DNA of 64,000 nt from Octopus vulgaris (lineage: Eukaryota), in NCBI GenBank assembly GCA_951406725.2, contig OX597822.1, forward strand, positions 27,714,001 through 27,778,000, given 5' to 3'. Positions 39,665-53,362 of this stretch are shown here, piece by piece; position 1 is the stretch's first letter, and each line of letters starts with the position of its first letter. Under the pieces are notes generated by a model. It was not told the DNA's origin, made no database searches, and saw nothing but the letters and a program-made list of their open reading frames with translations. A program made the translations under genes and the position numbers.

Positions 39665-40560
39665 AACTGGGCCAGATATTAGCCCTCACAAAAAATGGCA
39701 CTTTCTCACGAAGGAAGGCCTGTGCTGCTGTTAACCCATGGCATGGTGCAGAATTCTGGATAAGTACCATACTACCAATCACAAACTTCTGCTCCATCTA
39801 AGGTGAGAGAGAGTTATTGAGGATGTCCAGATACTCTTTTGTGCCGATCTTCAAGCCAGACTAAATGAAGTGTGGATCCATGACTCCAATCAGTCGCCAC
39901 GGCTCCAAACGCCATCACAGCGGCAGAATTCTTAATCTCAAACACAGCGGTGAATTCAGAAGGGGTGTACGTAATCATTCAAGAATTTATGCGATTCACC
40001 TCAGCTTTCACAGTCAACTTCTCGTCCACAAACAGAGTTTTTCCATGAATGAGAGAAGCGCTGGGCATCTCTTGCTCTGATTCTTTTGGCCTTGGCTGTT
40101 AGGAGGTGATGGCGTCGTCGAACATAGCTGGTCATACCAAGGTCCCTGTTCACAGATCTGGACACCACTGAAAGGGACACACTGCGTTTCTTTGCAAGAG
40201 TTGTCATAGTTATGGATCGGTTGGGTTGAGGCCAGCGAGAAACTTTGGCTTGCACTTCGAGTATTATGTTCTTTTCTATCAATTTTTCCTTCTTCTTTAA
40301 ATTGTTTATAGACACGATAAACTGTTACATTTGGAAGTTGTCATGCTTTTTGAAGCACCTGTATCATTCAAAACATTGCGTTTCATCCATTGCCTCATCG
40401 CTCTAAGCTTGCTGAAGCATGCTCAATGTCTCTGGAGCAGACTACCAAGTTTATCGCAAGATTTCACGTTGTTTCTTTGTTTGAACTTTCTGTCCAAGAC
40501 AAAAATCGCAGACCACAACATACATGTGGTCACAAAAACACGAATTTCATAACTTACGAA
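39665..40560 (-). mobile_element. Tc1/mariner transposase remnant
   Basis: HTH-like SITMTTLAKKRSVSLSVVSRSVNRDLGMTSYVRRRHHLLT and catalytic-like VLIQNSAPCH..AQAFLREKVPFFV..IWPS; fragmented. Confidence 0.75.
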
Positions 40561-41665
40561 GTAAGCAGAACAATGTCACTCGGCACACTGCCTCATCAAG
40601 GTCTCTGCTAGCTCTCATTCCCACCTGTTGGCGCACTACAGAACTACTCCGAGAATCTTTTATACCACTTCGTAAGAGCAACACTGCAAATGTTGCTAAT
40701 ATCACGTCGTCCTACGAAAGTATTTGCCAATGCAGATTGTTATGTTATCTGTAGGGTTAGGGTTAGTTTCTCAAATACAGAAATTTAATCCGCCACATAC
40801 TTCACCGTAGGGAAAGTAGAAATAATTATTATCAACAATACGCCTACCCGTTAATGGTTACGCTCTTATATTAGGTGAATTTAAAAGGAGTTCGATCAGG
40901 AACTGAATCCACTTTTTTTTTACGTTCATCTGAATACGCCTTTTTATCATCTTTTATTATGTGCGTGAAATATGTTGTAACTTCAAACATTTGTGTGCCA
41001 AAATGCAAATATGATAACAGAAAACAGCATCTAGATTGTGAATCACGATGTGTATGTGTGTGTGTGTGTGTGTGAGTGTAGAAAGAAAGAAAGAAATGAA
41101 GGAAGAAACGAAGGAAGGAAGAAAACAGAAAGAAAGAAAGGGGATGAAACAAAGAGAGATAAAGACAAAGATGGATCGGAGGAGGAGGAGAAAGATTGAG
41201 ACTATTCGTAGTACCTGGCAATAAAACTCTTATCGTAAATTATAATGTTTTATAAACTGCTATCACTTTCAATCTTCCAAATTGTATGTTTGATTTGGGT
41301 TTCGGGTATATTGATAAGGTAATTGCATTAATAACAAATGTTCACGTTTGCACAAGGCCACATGCTGTAAAGTGATTGAGCTATTCCCAGTGTACGCTCG
41401 ATAATTTTATTGAACTCTGAGAAATGGAAGACGTAGCCAAAGCTACTGGAATCTCAACTCAGTACATCAAAATATGTCATTAAATAATGAATGGTATTAA
41501 TCTGTAGACCCCACTGGTTCTAGAAACATACAACTTATTTTGAATTTAAAACATAAGAGCATATAGCTAAATATAAGTTTCGCGAAAACTTGATACCGTG
41601 TTCGATGTCCTCTTAGCATTTTTGAATAGTATCCGCCATAACCTCTAATTATCTAATACTTTTTA

Positions 41666-42003
41666 GTGAAGGCGCATGGCTCAGTGGTTAGAGCGTCGAG
41701 CTTACGATCGTGAGGTTGTGAGTTCGAATCCCGGACTGGGCTGCGTGTTGTGTTTTTGTGCAAGACGCTTTATTTCACGTTGCTTCAGTTCACTCAGCTG
41801 TAGAAATGAGTTGCGACGTCACTAGTGCCAAACTGTATCGGCCCTTGCTTTTCCCCTGGATAATTCTTGTGGCGTAGAAAGGGGAGGCCGGTATGCATGG
41901 GCGACTGCTGGTCTTCCATAAACAACCTTGGCCGGACTTGTGCCTGGGAGGGTAACTTTCCCAGGTGCAATCCCAGGGTCAGTCATGACCGAAGGGGGTC
42001 TCA
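41666..42003 (+). mobile_element. Family-C SINE, full length with TSD
   Basis: TGGCTCAGTGG (A box), GAGTTCGAATCC (B box), CORE-like block; TSD ATCTAATACTTT at 41651-41662 and 42004-42015. Confidence 0.88.
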
Positions 42004-43038
42004 ATCTAATACTTTCAAACTCAACACTCTTTGCACAAACACTTCCATGCACACAAATTGAATGAATTAAATACCAGTAATACACTTAGTTGATTGAATC
42101 CCTTATGCCCGTTCCAGTCGAAGTAGATCAAATGAAATTATTATACAAAAGCGTGTTATTCTTCTTACGCGCTTCTTTATCCTTGCTTTGTATTTCCAGC
42201 CAAGTTTCAATTCCAAGGTTAAACCTCCTCACATTATTAAGACAGAAAAGCTATACATCCTAGCATATCGAGTGCTATGATTTGGAAGCAAGTGTGTCCT
42301 CTGGATATTCTGATAAGAAGCAGTCAGTGATATGGAAGTCTTTTCATAATATTGTTTTAATTTATCCAAGGTTTAAGCATTTATTTAGGTATCTCAAATT
42401 CATTGCATTTTTGATGTTCTCATTGAAAATTACAAAAGTTTTCATAATAAAATTCTGTTTGTTTAGTTCTCAGAATCATTTAACATCACTACCCGCGGTC
42501 GATATATTTAAGTAGTTTCCCTGTCTTGTTTCTTAAGGCATACCATAAAAAGACATAAAAGATGGGTCTTGGACATTCCAGAGTTCACAGATTTCTTAAC
42601 GTATTTGCTTGAACTTTGAGGGCGACACTTCAAATGTACAGCAGTTTCTTTTTAACAAAGTTACCTTTCATTCGTGGGCTGTCTAGTCTAACATTCATAG
42701 ACAGACATTCAAGAGTCTGCCCTGACAAAAATGATGCTAACATACACCAGGTAACGGCACTCTTTGAATACAGAACTAGTTTACCTCAATATATCATTTA
42801 TTGAACAATTTCTTTATCAGTATTGATTTCACAAAAAACAGTCAGTGGTTTTGTCTTCTCGAAACTAATTCCTCTGTGTATTGGAAGTTTATATTTCCTT
42901 TTATGTAATTATTTGTTATAAAATATAGGAAAATATGCGCACTCATATGTACATGGCATGCAACATTACAGACATACATATACGGAAAGACAGAGAGACA
43001 TACTCATATTCATATATATGCGTGTACGTGAAAGCGTA

Positions 43039-43042
<4 letters not shown>

Positions 43043-43097
<55 letters not shown>

Positions 43098-43196
43098 GAG
43101 AGAGAGAGAGCTAGATGTAGATAGATAAATAGACAGAGATGTATATTCATGTATATATATGTGTGTGCATACATATATGTACACCCGCACACGCGT

Positions 43197-43239
<43 letters not shown>

Positions 43240-43311
43240 TATATATATACATATATATACACACACACATATACATATATGAATATACATCTCTGTCGAT
43301 TTATCTATCTA

Positions 43312-43366
<55 letters not shown>

Positions 43367-43397
43367 GTATATATATATGTATATATATATATGTATA

Positions 43398-43446
<49 letters not shown>

Positions 43447-43579
43447 GTATATATATATATGTATATATATATGTATATATATATGTATATATATGTATAT
43501 ATATATGTATATATATATATGTATATATATATATGTATATATATGTATGTATATATATATATGTATATATATATATATG

Positions 43580-43612
<33 letters not shown>

Positions 43613-43647
43613 AGATAGATAGATAGATAGATAGAGATAGATAGATA

Positions 43648-43692
<45 letters not shown>
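43043..43692. repeat. Compound (TA)n/(TATATG)n/(TAGA)n/(GA)n microsatellite block
   Basis: Direct reading. Confidence 0.9.
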
Positions 43693-43695
<3 letters not shown>

Positions 43696-44977
43696 AAGAA
43701 TGATATAGATATATATACACTATACACATATAAAACCTATGATATTATTTTGGCAGCTGGCTGATTAATAAAAAGCTAAAAAATGTATTTAACCCATTTT
43801 AGAGCAGACATAGAAGAGAACACGTTTATGTGAGATATATATGTCTATATACGTAGTAAGTCTGAAAACGATAGAGAGAGAGAGAAAAACTGAAAGAGAG
43901 AGGACGTGAGTGAATGACATTGAGTAAATTTGAGTAGGTGTATTCTAAAGATTTAAATTCTTGAATCGGTAAACTTAGTGCAAAAATTACGTCTGCAGTC
44001 AAACAACCATCCGACCGCCTACTCGAATGTTTTGCTATATAAAAAAAAAACTGTCAGTCTGTGAGTCATGTTCCGTTATTGACTTCGGCATTACAACTAC
44101 AGGTATATCAAGAAAAAGTTAGTGCTATTCAGCCGGAATCGAAATCCTTTTATTTAAAGAACAATAAATATTAACAATAAATATTAACTCTAAATACAGA
44201 ATTCCTGCATAGATTCTCTAACCAATGTGTGGGTTAAATAAGAATATTATCATACAAAAGAACGGTAAGTGGAAGTGCATTGCCTCTTATATTTTTAGCT
44301 CAAGTATAACCTATGGATCGAAATGGCACAAAAAGTATTAGAAATGATAAGAAGGAAAAAGGGGGAAAAAAGTAACGTAAAAATTAGATATGTGTCTACT
44401 TTGAATAATCTTCTTAGTACAATTACATCTTTTTTCAGTATTTATTCTCATCATTCACGTTTGCTGTCAAGCAAATAGTTTTTTGTGATACCCCATTTAT
44501 AGAGTTTATGTATTCCTAAGAAGAGGTAGAACATCAAAAATCGACAGTGATCGGTCCAAAGGTTCAATTATAAATTAACTTTTGTTTAGTTTTCTAATTG
44601 TTTTAGTGTTAAATTAACATTACGTTTTCTCAGAGATCGATAAACTAAGTGCTAATCAAGATGCAATGTCAGTTTAATCGACTATAACACATTTTCCGTG
44701 TGTACTGGATGTATATAAATCACAAGAAACAATACGCATAGCAATGTTTGGTGCATTACAGAATTATTAGAAATTAGGAAAGGTGCTTTATATTAAAAAA
44801 AATTGCGAGTTCAAACCTCACTAAAAATGATATCTGGGAACGATAAGATAAATCACTAATGAACCACTGGGTACGTAATCTCTTATAACCATTCCCAATA
44901 TATATATATATATATGTTTTTAGCTTCTGCTTTTTCCATGATCGCATGTGAGTATTTTATTTATGTTCCCTCGTAAG

Positions 44978-45038
44978 CTCTACTGAAGAAGAATATATCC
45001 TTTATACGGATTAATTTCGAAATTGATTCAATATAGAG
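44978..45038 (+). ncRNA. Type I hammerhead ribozyme (predicted, intact) in a ~260-bp insert between (TA)n
   Basis: CTCTA-CTGAAGA-AGAA..ATCC..GGAT..TTTC-GAAA-TTGA-T-TCAA-TA-TAGAG; stem I CTCTA/TAGAG; AUA cleavage triplet. Confidence 0.8.
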
Positions 45039-45171
45039 ATAACGAAATTTAAATTTTCTAAAGGTTAGTTGCCCGCTTTCATTTCAATTTTCCAGTAACA
45101 AGTGGATTATAAGTGGATTAATCAGTGTATTGGCTATAGAATAACCTTCTTTAGCCCTTAATTATAAGATG

Positions 45172-45219
<48 letters not shown>

Positions 45220-45679
45220 CCATTCTCTATTATGTTAAGTTGTTTTGAATACCAACGCTAGTGACTTTCTGGAAAAACATGAATCAGATTTTGCTGATTC
45301 AAAAGAATAAAAAGGTAAGAAAGAAATTTCGTGATTGGCAAAAATGGGGGTTATTTCAATGGCTATTGGAAGTGCTTAATTTCCTACAACTACATTCTAG
45401 CGCTGACTATGCATTTTATTCAAACCTACTCATATAAAATGGTAAAATTCATTCATACGTATACCTGCACTATAAATACAGTGATTTTAATCAATACAAG
45501 TAATCTTACATCTTAAACAAATCATGGGCAATCAACTAGGATAATAAAACAACAGGATAAAATGGTAAATTCATTGTTCCTGGAAAGATTGAGCTACATA
45601 ATGTTTTTAATTGTCTCTGCGTAATATCTCTACAAGTACAAACACTTATAGCGAATCCATTCAACATTTCAAATGAAAA

Positions 45680-46450
45680 CCCCGTACTCGAACTTCCACC
45701 ATTTCTTTGTTCCCCAAATTCACAAACCAGACAATCCCGGTCATCTTATCATCTTCTCCTGTAACTACCCTACTGAACTTCTCAAAATCGTACATTGACA
45801 AAATGTTATCACAACTCGATGCTTTACTCCCACAGATTAAAGACACCTACAATGTCCTGAACCTGATCAACTCGCTCTGTTTTCCATCTGGGGAGTCAAA
45901 ACTCGTTCACACTATGGACATTAAATCACTCTAAGCCAGTCATGCCCTCAACAAGGGCTTATCAGCTCATAAACACTTCCTTGACCTTTTCCTCCTACTT
46001 ATATCCAGCAGTACAACTTACCTCCTGTTAAGAGAGCACGTCCTAATACTTAATATTTTTACTTACTCTGGAGAATTTAAAAAACAACTCAGCTTATTGC
46101 AATAAGGCCTAGGATTGGCTCCAATTATGCAATTCCCTTTCTAGACCACATTGAAAAGTCAGGTTTTTGTTAAATTTATCAGAGGCCACCCGAACTGTAC
46201 GGTCGTTATATAGGCCACTTTGTCGGTGCTACTGTTTTCATCAGATAGCAACTGGACAGTTTTATTTCCTACGCTAACTTCTTTCATCCTGCCTTGGAAC
46301 TTGCATCCTCCGTATCCAATATATCCTTTAGTTATCTTTCGATATCGCCATCATTATATACAATACTCATCTGTCCCCTTCTTCTCACGGCAAGAATAAC
46401 GATTCGAACTTCTATCCCCAGTTCTCTTCTCATCTCAAATTCAAAAAAAT
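45680..46450 (+). pseudogene. Penelope-like element reverse transcriptase, decayed
   Basis: With frameshifts: PK.HKPDNPG..I...NYPTEL...YIDKML..L...QIKDT..VLNLI...TMDIKSL*..NKGLSA.KHFLD..PELYGRYIGH (YIDD position)..ANFFHPALE; these are PLE RT motifs. Confidence 0.82.
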
Positions 46451-46639
46451 TATCATACTTTGTATCAGTTCATCAAAAAACACGGCATGCAGTGAGATAG
46501 AAATATCACTTAATATACACAGTAATATGAGCTACTAATATTTTCATGCCAGAAAAAACAATAATTCGGCAGATTTATTTGACTCGCCTCATGGTTCCAA
46601 GCAATCCTTTAGACTCAATTTACATGGCTATTTTTATTT

Positions 46640-48085
46640 TAAAAAACATTGGTGCTGGTCTTTGATAAACCACGAGAAAAGACGAGAAGGTGATTGATGT
46701 AAAAAGGGGAACCAGAAAATAAAAAGTGAATAAAAACCGAGAAAGAAAGAAATCATAATTGATCCAACGGGTGTAGAATAATTCTATGGTAGGGAGGCCA
46801 AAATCTTCAAAACAGCTGCTGAATCCGTCATCAAAAGAGATTTGTCCATGTGCTCGAATTTGCTTATAGTTTCGAATCTGGAGTTGTGTGGTGTGGTGGG
46901 ATCCTTGGAAGTAAAATCAATGTGGCAAATCTTTTAGATTGCATCACTTCTATCCATTTATATAACGATAATCCAGTTGAGTATACATGGCGTGCAGCTG
47001 GTCATTGGGTCCCCTGCATGCCTAACCAATTTAGTGGCTCTACTTTTGTTGATGTGTCAGAAAGAAGGCTGGTGGCTTTCATGTCGTTTTGAGCATCGCC
47101 CTCGTATAAACCGACGTAGTTCTTTCGATTACGATATTTTGGAGAATTTCTGTGATTTTGACTTCATAATCAATTCAGTTTATCAAACACGCCTGATCTT
47201 CAAGGTCTCCCCAATCAGAATTAAAAATGTGCTCTCAGCGTGGATTGCGTGTGATAACATCCTTCTAAGTGTGTCAGCAGCTGTATTAATTTTCATCGAG
47301 CGACTATTAAACAATTTCCTGTATTTATGGCTTACTTTGAAATGCTTATCCAATAATGCCAAGAATTTTTAGTCTATGTCAGTTTTACGCTTAAATCAAT
47401 GGACTGGGCCATATTATTGTCCTATGTCTATTTCTAGGTTTCATATTTGTAATTGAAGTGTTGAAAAATATCTCATCTTCGAAACCGCTCTTGCCAGGGC
47501 ATTGTTGAGTAGGGGCTTGATTTATCAAATATTTGTTTTGGACAACAGAGATTAAATATCCTATTACCAATTGTTGGCTACCGGGTTTTTATACACTATA
47601 GGGGTTGACAGAATTTTTTATGAGTATATATGAGATTCTCAAACGGTTTATGATTGGGTTTATAAGTGTACGAGTTATATTCTACGGAAGCATCTGAAAA
47701 CTCACCTTTGGACACATTAATGCTTACAGTAATTTTCAGGCCTACTTGATTGAAGGTATGTATTAATTTTTTTTCCTAAATTTATCAGGTGTATGTCTAT
47801 TACATTAATATATGTTAAAATTACCGTAACGGTATAGGTCAATATCGGGGAATGGCAACTTCGATCCCAATGTAACTCGTATTTCAGTCTCAATGGGTTT
47901 AAAATTATTAAAACTTTTTTATCGCTGAAATTAGATTTGTGATTTTTTTAAGTAATGAAGTGTCTCTTATCGCTAAGGATTGTAACCTAATAGCCATTTA
48001 CTTCGTTTGGGTAGTTCAATGTATTCATCTGCGTTAACTTCCTTGCAATTTGTGGCAGCAACATCTACTGTTAGTAGCTCATATT
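46640..48085 (-). pseudogene. Second decayed Penelope-like element (RT C-terminus + GIY-YIG region)
   Basis: Minus strand EIRVTLG.KLPFPDI (47841-47885; cf. PLE I.FT.E...LPFLD) and downstream IGETL.IR (47204-47215; cf. YIGET); heavily decayed; abuts (TA)n. Confidence 0.55.
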
Positions 48086-48091
48086 TACATA

Positions 48092-48134
<43 letters not shown>

Positions 48135-48137
<3 letters not shown>

Positions 48138-48322
48138 CAACAATTGAGGGTAAAATTAATTAATTATTAATCAATTTCACCAAGTGTTCAGTATGCAAAG
48201 GGACCATTTAAGGCGAATTCAAATTATTACATTATATAAAAGGGCTTAGTAAAATAAATTACTTTGCCGCATACTGAAGTATGCGGCAAAGTAATTTATT
48301 TTACTAAGCCCTTTTATATAAT
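48135..48322. mobile_element. HHR family C 3' end with terminal fold-back, in (TA)n
   Basis: 48135-48275 is an inverted copy of the family C 3' end; perfect 45-bp hairpin 48231-48275 / 48278-48322. Confidence 0.8.
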
Positions 48323-48388
<66 letters not shown>

Positions 48389-49987
48389 TGTAATAGGTCA
48401 CTTCGAACTTTCTGATTCGTAGTAATATCCAGTGAATTCTATGATTTCAGACGATCATTAGGCACATGCTATACTCTCAAAGTTACACTACAATTAGTCT
48501 CTCAAACTTTCAATAAGGAAACTATATCCATCTTGCTCTGTATCAGTATAACCTAATTACTCAAACCTGTGTTGAGGTTTCTCTTTATGTCGATATTGAT
48601 TGGAGTACACACTCGTTCGCAAGGACAGGGATATTGATATTCCCCCTGAATACAAATACGTTTAAATTCACCATCAATCCTTCTTTGTTATAGAAACATA
48701 TGTAGTCCTCTCTCAGTTCATTATCCCTCTCTCTATATATATATGTCTATTTATTTATTTCTCTCTATCTATGTATATATCTATCTATCTCTTTCTCTTT
48801 AGCAAAGGCTTGCGCGTACACATATAACCTGCACGCATCTTTCTCACGTACATACAAACACAGCATATATTTCTCTTTTCCTTCGTCGTCTACATCAATA
48901 CGCACACGGTAGTCATTACAGCTTTGTATGCTTATGCTTTGCTCAAGTACTCAATGTATCATCTGGGCTAGGAATTGAACCCACAAACTTATGTCCAAGT
49001 GACATACATCATAACCACTAGGCCATGCGCCCGCACCTCCGCTCTGTAAAGAAATGAGCGAATAATTCAACAAATTTTGCTTACCAAATGCCTGTTCGCT
49101 ATCGTGTGGATGTACTTAAATCGATTAAAGTCTCATCTCTTATCAATTCTCAAAAGCATTCTTACGTATATTCGAAAATCAAATCTAAGCTCTGGGGAAA
49201 ATGTCATATTTATTGGTACAATTAGTATTCCATCTGCGTTCACCGAATTGTGTATGATGTAGTGTAGTCTGTATGTTATTTTTGGCATGTCGTTAATTAT
49301 ATGTGTGCTGAAGACAGTAGACTTCTTTCTACGACTCCGAGGAAAATGTTAATCAATTAGCTGTAACTAACGACGGAATCAATTTGTCAATGACAATACC
49401 ATATCCAATACTGAAGGAAGTCTTTCTATAATATCTTACTAATCGTCCTAAAAGGCCATTAGATTCTAATTACACTTCTATGTTAAATTAATGAAAGTGG
49501 TAGGGTGCGATGGTTGCACCAGTACCTGCTTAGTGCACATTACAGCTGAGTAAACTGTAAAAACATGAAATGATGTATATTGTGGTAGGACATGCTATTT
49601 TGTCTAGGAATTGAACACACAACTTTAAGATTATGAAAAGAACAGCCTATCCACTAGGGCACACATTTTTCTAATCAGGCGCTATATTTTTGATGTAACG
49701 ATTAATCTGTATGCATTTGTTTGAGGTGTATCTGATAGTAATAGTATACATCGATAGTTAAATTCTGAGCAGTCAATACTAAAGTTTCGGAGAGCTGTGA
49801 AACCACAGGTTGGGTAGATTTTAGCTTAATTTGAATTCCAGTCTTCATATTTGCACAAGAACATGAGAAGCCATTCTTGTGTATCGGTCCATGAAAAAAA
49901 CGAATATTTTCATCATGATTAAGAGTAGAATTTTCAATACAACGGCTTAGAAAGAAATGCTGATATGGACGGTTAAATGTTTACTAT

Positions 49988-50212
49988 TAACCCTTTTGTT
50001 ACCATATTTATTTTGAGATGTTCTGTAAATCAGTCAATTAATTTTAAGGTATAACAAAGAATTTAGCAAAATAACTTAGTTATTATTAAGCTTGTGTTAG
50101 GAACTTAAATTGTGACTAAGGTTTGGTGGAAGATTTTAATTCAAAACTTATGGAAACAAGACATTTATGCTACAGAGCCAGAGGCGGTTTCAGCCGGGTT
50201 GGTATTGAAACT
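49988..50212. mobile_element. Possible piggyBac-like MITE (right end decayed)
   Basis: Begins TTAA-CCCTTTTGTTACC; weak inverted match GGTATTGAAA at the right end. Confidence 0.4.
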
Positions 50213-50635
50213 TGATAAATTCGAGTTTGTGAAGTCAATTTCATTACGCTGTAAACGATATAAATTGGTATCTTATGATGCTAAATATTTCAATGTAATT
50301 CCAAAAACTTTTTATAATAGATATATAAGTATATCCAAGACATAATATATACTTCAATAAAATAGATGATATTTGTCTTGCTGATTCAGTGGATTTCATA
50401 CTAAGCTTTTAAGTAGTTGTGAGAAATTATTGAAGAGTGTGCTCAAGGAAATATTGGTTTATACATGAAAAGAAATACAGGTCGTTATTTTTCTCTGCAG
50501 ATATAGATATTCGCTTGACGTGATTTACAATGAAACATGATACCTCCTTATGAATAACATTCACACACAACACACTATCACGTCGCTTTCCACTTTTCCC
50601 CTCATCACTGTTTATCCTCCATTTTTATCATTATA

Positions 50636-51030
50636 CTAGCAGTATCGCCCGGCGTTGCTCGGGTTTGTAAGGGAAATAACTGTATAAGCATTTTTAGAGA
50701 TGTAAAGTATAATAGCCATCTCAATATGGCTAACCACAAAGGATGGGGTGTTACTTCAGCTTTTTACGTTCTGAGATTTAATAATAAATTTTTAGAGAGT
50801 TACTTCCCTTATATATGCCAAAAATGCATTAAAAATGGGAAAAATTGATGGTAATTTTTTTTAAATCGTAGACTCATCGTAGACGCGCGCTAATACCCAG
50901 AAGGGCTCGATATGAATCACGACTATAAGATACACGGTTTTGGTTAAACTGCACCGCAAAATGTGGGAGTAGTTAGGAATCTAATTCGTAGGAGACAGAC
51001 AGCACACAACCTCACTTTTATAAATAAAGA
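50636..51030 (-). mobile_element. Non-autonomous Helitron
   Basis: Minus strand 5' TC start, 3' hairpin CCCGAGCAACGCCGGG and terminal CTAG, inserted between A and T. Confidence 0.85.
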
Positions 51031-51809
51031 TGTTCTCTAACTACTTGTGCACCATATCTCGTATGTCTTCTAGATTTGCTCCGTTTCTGATAGCATTGAC
51101 CAATAATTCAGATTATTCCATGACATTAACTGACCGACTGGAAATCTTTGAATTAAGATAAAGCATCAACAGATAATTAAGTTGAAATATTTTGATACCT
51201 TCAGGCGAGAAGCAGCAACAATGTTGCAAATTATGTTTGGTTTAAACATGTATAAATCACGTAATGGAATTAGGCAAAAAAATTAAATGTTTGTAGAGTT
51301 CACGGGTTAACTTTCAACTATACTTAGTAAACATATAGACATATCTTTTCTTTAGAGAACTTCATATGTTTGGATAAGATTGAATGTTGCATCAAGACAG
51401 AAAATCTGAAAAAGAAAAAAAAAGCTTTCTTCTCTCCAGACGATGCTTTTGTCCCCAAAATTTACACTTCACTTTTCCACATTGCATACGAAGCTATCGA
51501 AAATCTTAAACTTATTTGTATAATTTTTACTGATGGAGACTTAAAATGATTTTTATTGGATTTCTTTTTTAATATTTTGTTCGTAATTTTCAGCTGCCAG
51601 CTTTCTAGATCTTAAACAAATTTCGTCTATCTGTATAAATGCAATAGAAGTCATAGCGCTTCCTAAACATGACACATGTATTCATAGTTAACATTGGCCA
51701 ATGTAATTTCACCGATGACCTTTACGTACAACTACAGAGTTTTGACAAAAAAATCAAAACATATTCATGTGTGTATGTGTGTGTATGAGTGTGCGTCTCT
51801 ACGTACGTA

Positions 51810-52045
51810 TCTCTCTATATATAAAACTGAGAATGTTTATCTGTTTCTGTCTGTCTGTCTGTGTGTTTCCCTAAAACTTGAGAACTACGCAACCAATTTC
51901 ATTCAAATTTTACACATGCCTTATTTAGGGGCCATGTAGTTTCATGGGCAACAAGATGTTCAAATTCTTGCCTAGGGCGAGCCCATAGCAATATCATATC
52001 TTCTTCACTATTTCAGTATTACGTGTTAAAAGTGAAACAAAAACA
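51810..52045 (+). mobile_element. Helitron-like 5' portion (different family)
   Basis: TCTCTCTATATATAAAA start followed by (CTGT)n, similar to the start of the 52966 element. Confidence 0.45.
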
Positions 52046-52051
52046 TTTCTC

Positions 52052-52915
52052 GGATCTTTTCCTTTTGATGGACGGAATTCAACACAATTTCTAGTTAACT
52101 AAACTATTTGAAACTTCGTATACTGGTAGAATGTGTCAAAAGAAAACATTATTTTCACTTGGCTTTTTTGATAAATTTGTAATTTGTAAGTTTAACGTAG
52201 TTTAATTCTTCGAATTTTAACCAATGAATTGCCAGCGTTTGAGCTCAAATCATTTGCTGCGTCTAAAAACTCAGACATCCTGTTACAACGTAAACAGCGC
52301 ACACACACACACACGTGTTATTCATCCTTCTCTCTTCTGTCTGTCTCACTTTAATATTTTATAAAACATTCATACTAAATAAGGATGTGCATGAAATATA
52401 AATTTTATTATGAACTGCCATTAAGTAAGATTTACAATAAAACTAGACATTGATCGTGAGATTTATCATATTAGAAGAAATTAAAATTTTGAGAGCTATT
52501 AAAAACAAATCTAAAATCATTTTCAATAATGAAATATAATTTTAAGATGATCTAACAAGGCGCATATATTCCATGAACAAAAAATGCAGACACCTGCTTT
52601 AAAAATACCTGCGCGCGAATTTGAGTGAGATATACTTTTGTCTATACGCGTACCGAGTATGGTATATATGTATACGTAATACTGAGGTGATAGAACGAAA
52701 AAAGTAAAAGGACATCTTACGATAAAATAAAAATATATCAACTGGCCGTGAAGAAATTACAAGGAAAAATCCAAAGGGAAGAAAGCAGACGATACTATCT
52801 GGAGAAAAGATGGAGAGAGTAATAGGAGGTAATAGAAGGGAGATTAAGACGAAGTTTCAAACTGTTTAGTTAAAAAAAATAATTAAAAAATCTGTGAGCA
52901 AAACTGAAAAGATCC
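52052..52915. mobile_element. Non-autonomous TIR DNA element
   Basis: Ends GGATCTTTTC..TTAACTAAACTATTTGAAACTTCGT / ACGAAGTTTCAAACTGTTTAGTTAA..GAAAAGATCC. Confidence 0.65.
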
Positions 52916-52965
52916 ATGTTCACAATAACAAAGTTCGTGGAAGAACACACACACAGATGTATATA

Positions 52966-53362
52966 TCTTTATATATATAAAAGAGAAGTTGTGTGTCTGT
53001 CTCCTATGATTTAGATTCCTAACTACTCCCACATTTTGCGGTGCAGTTTAACCAAAACTGGGTATCTTATAGTCGTGATTCATATCGAGCCCTTCTGGGT
53101 ATTAGCGCGCGTCTACGATGAGTCTACGATTAAAAAAAAATTACCATCATTTTTTTCCATTTTAATGCATTTTTTCGCTATTATATAAGGGAAGTAACTC
53201 TCTAAAAATGTCTACGATGAGTCAACGATTTTAAAAAAAATTACCATAATTTCTTTTCCATTTTTAATGCATTTTTTTGCTATCTTTTGGCTATAACTCT
53301 CTAAAAATGCTTATATAGTTATTTCCCTTACAAACCCGAGCAACGCCCGGCGATACTGCTAG
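52966..53362 (+). mobile_element. Non-autonomous Helitron (same family as 50636-51030)
   Basis: A|TCTTTATATATATAAAA..CCCGAGCAACGCCCGG..CTAG|T; internal duplication of the GTCTACGATGAG block. Confidence 0.85.

Noticed and set aside
40752-40766. TAGGGTTAGGGTTAG telomeric repeat
   Set aside because: Only ~2.5 units; too short to interpret.
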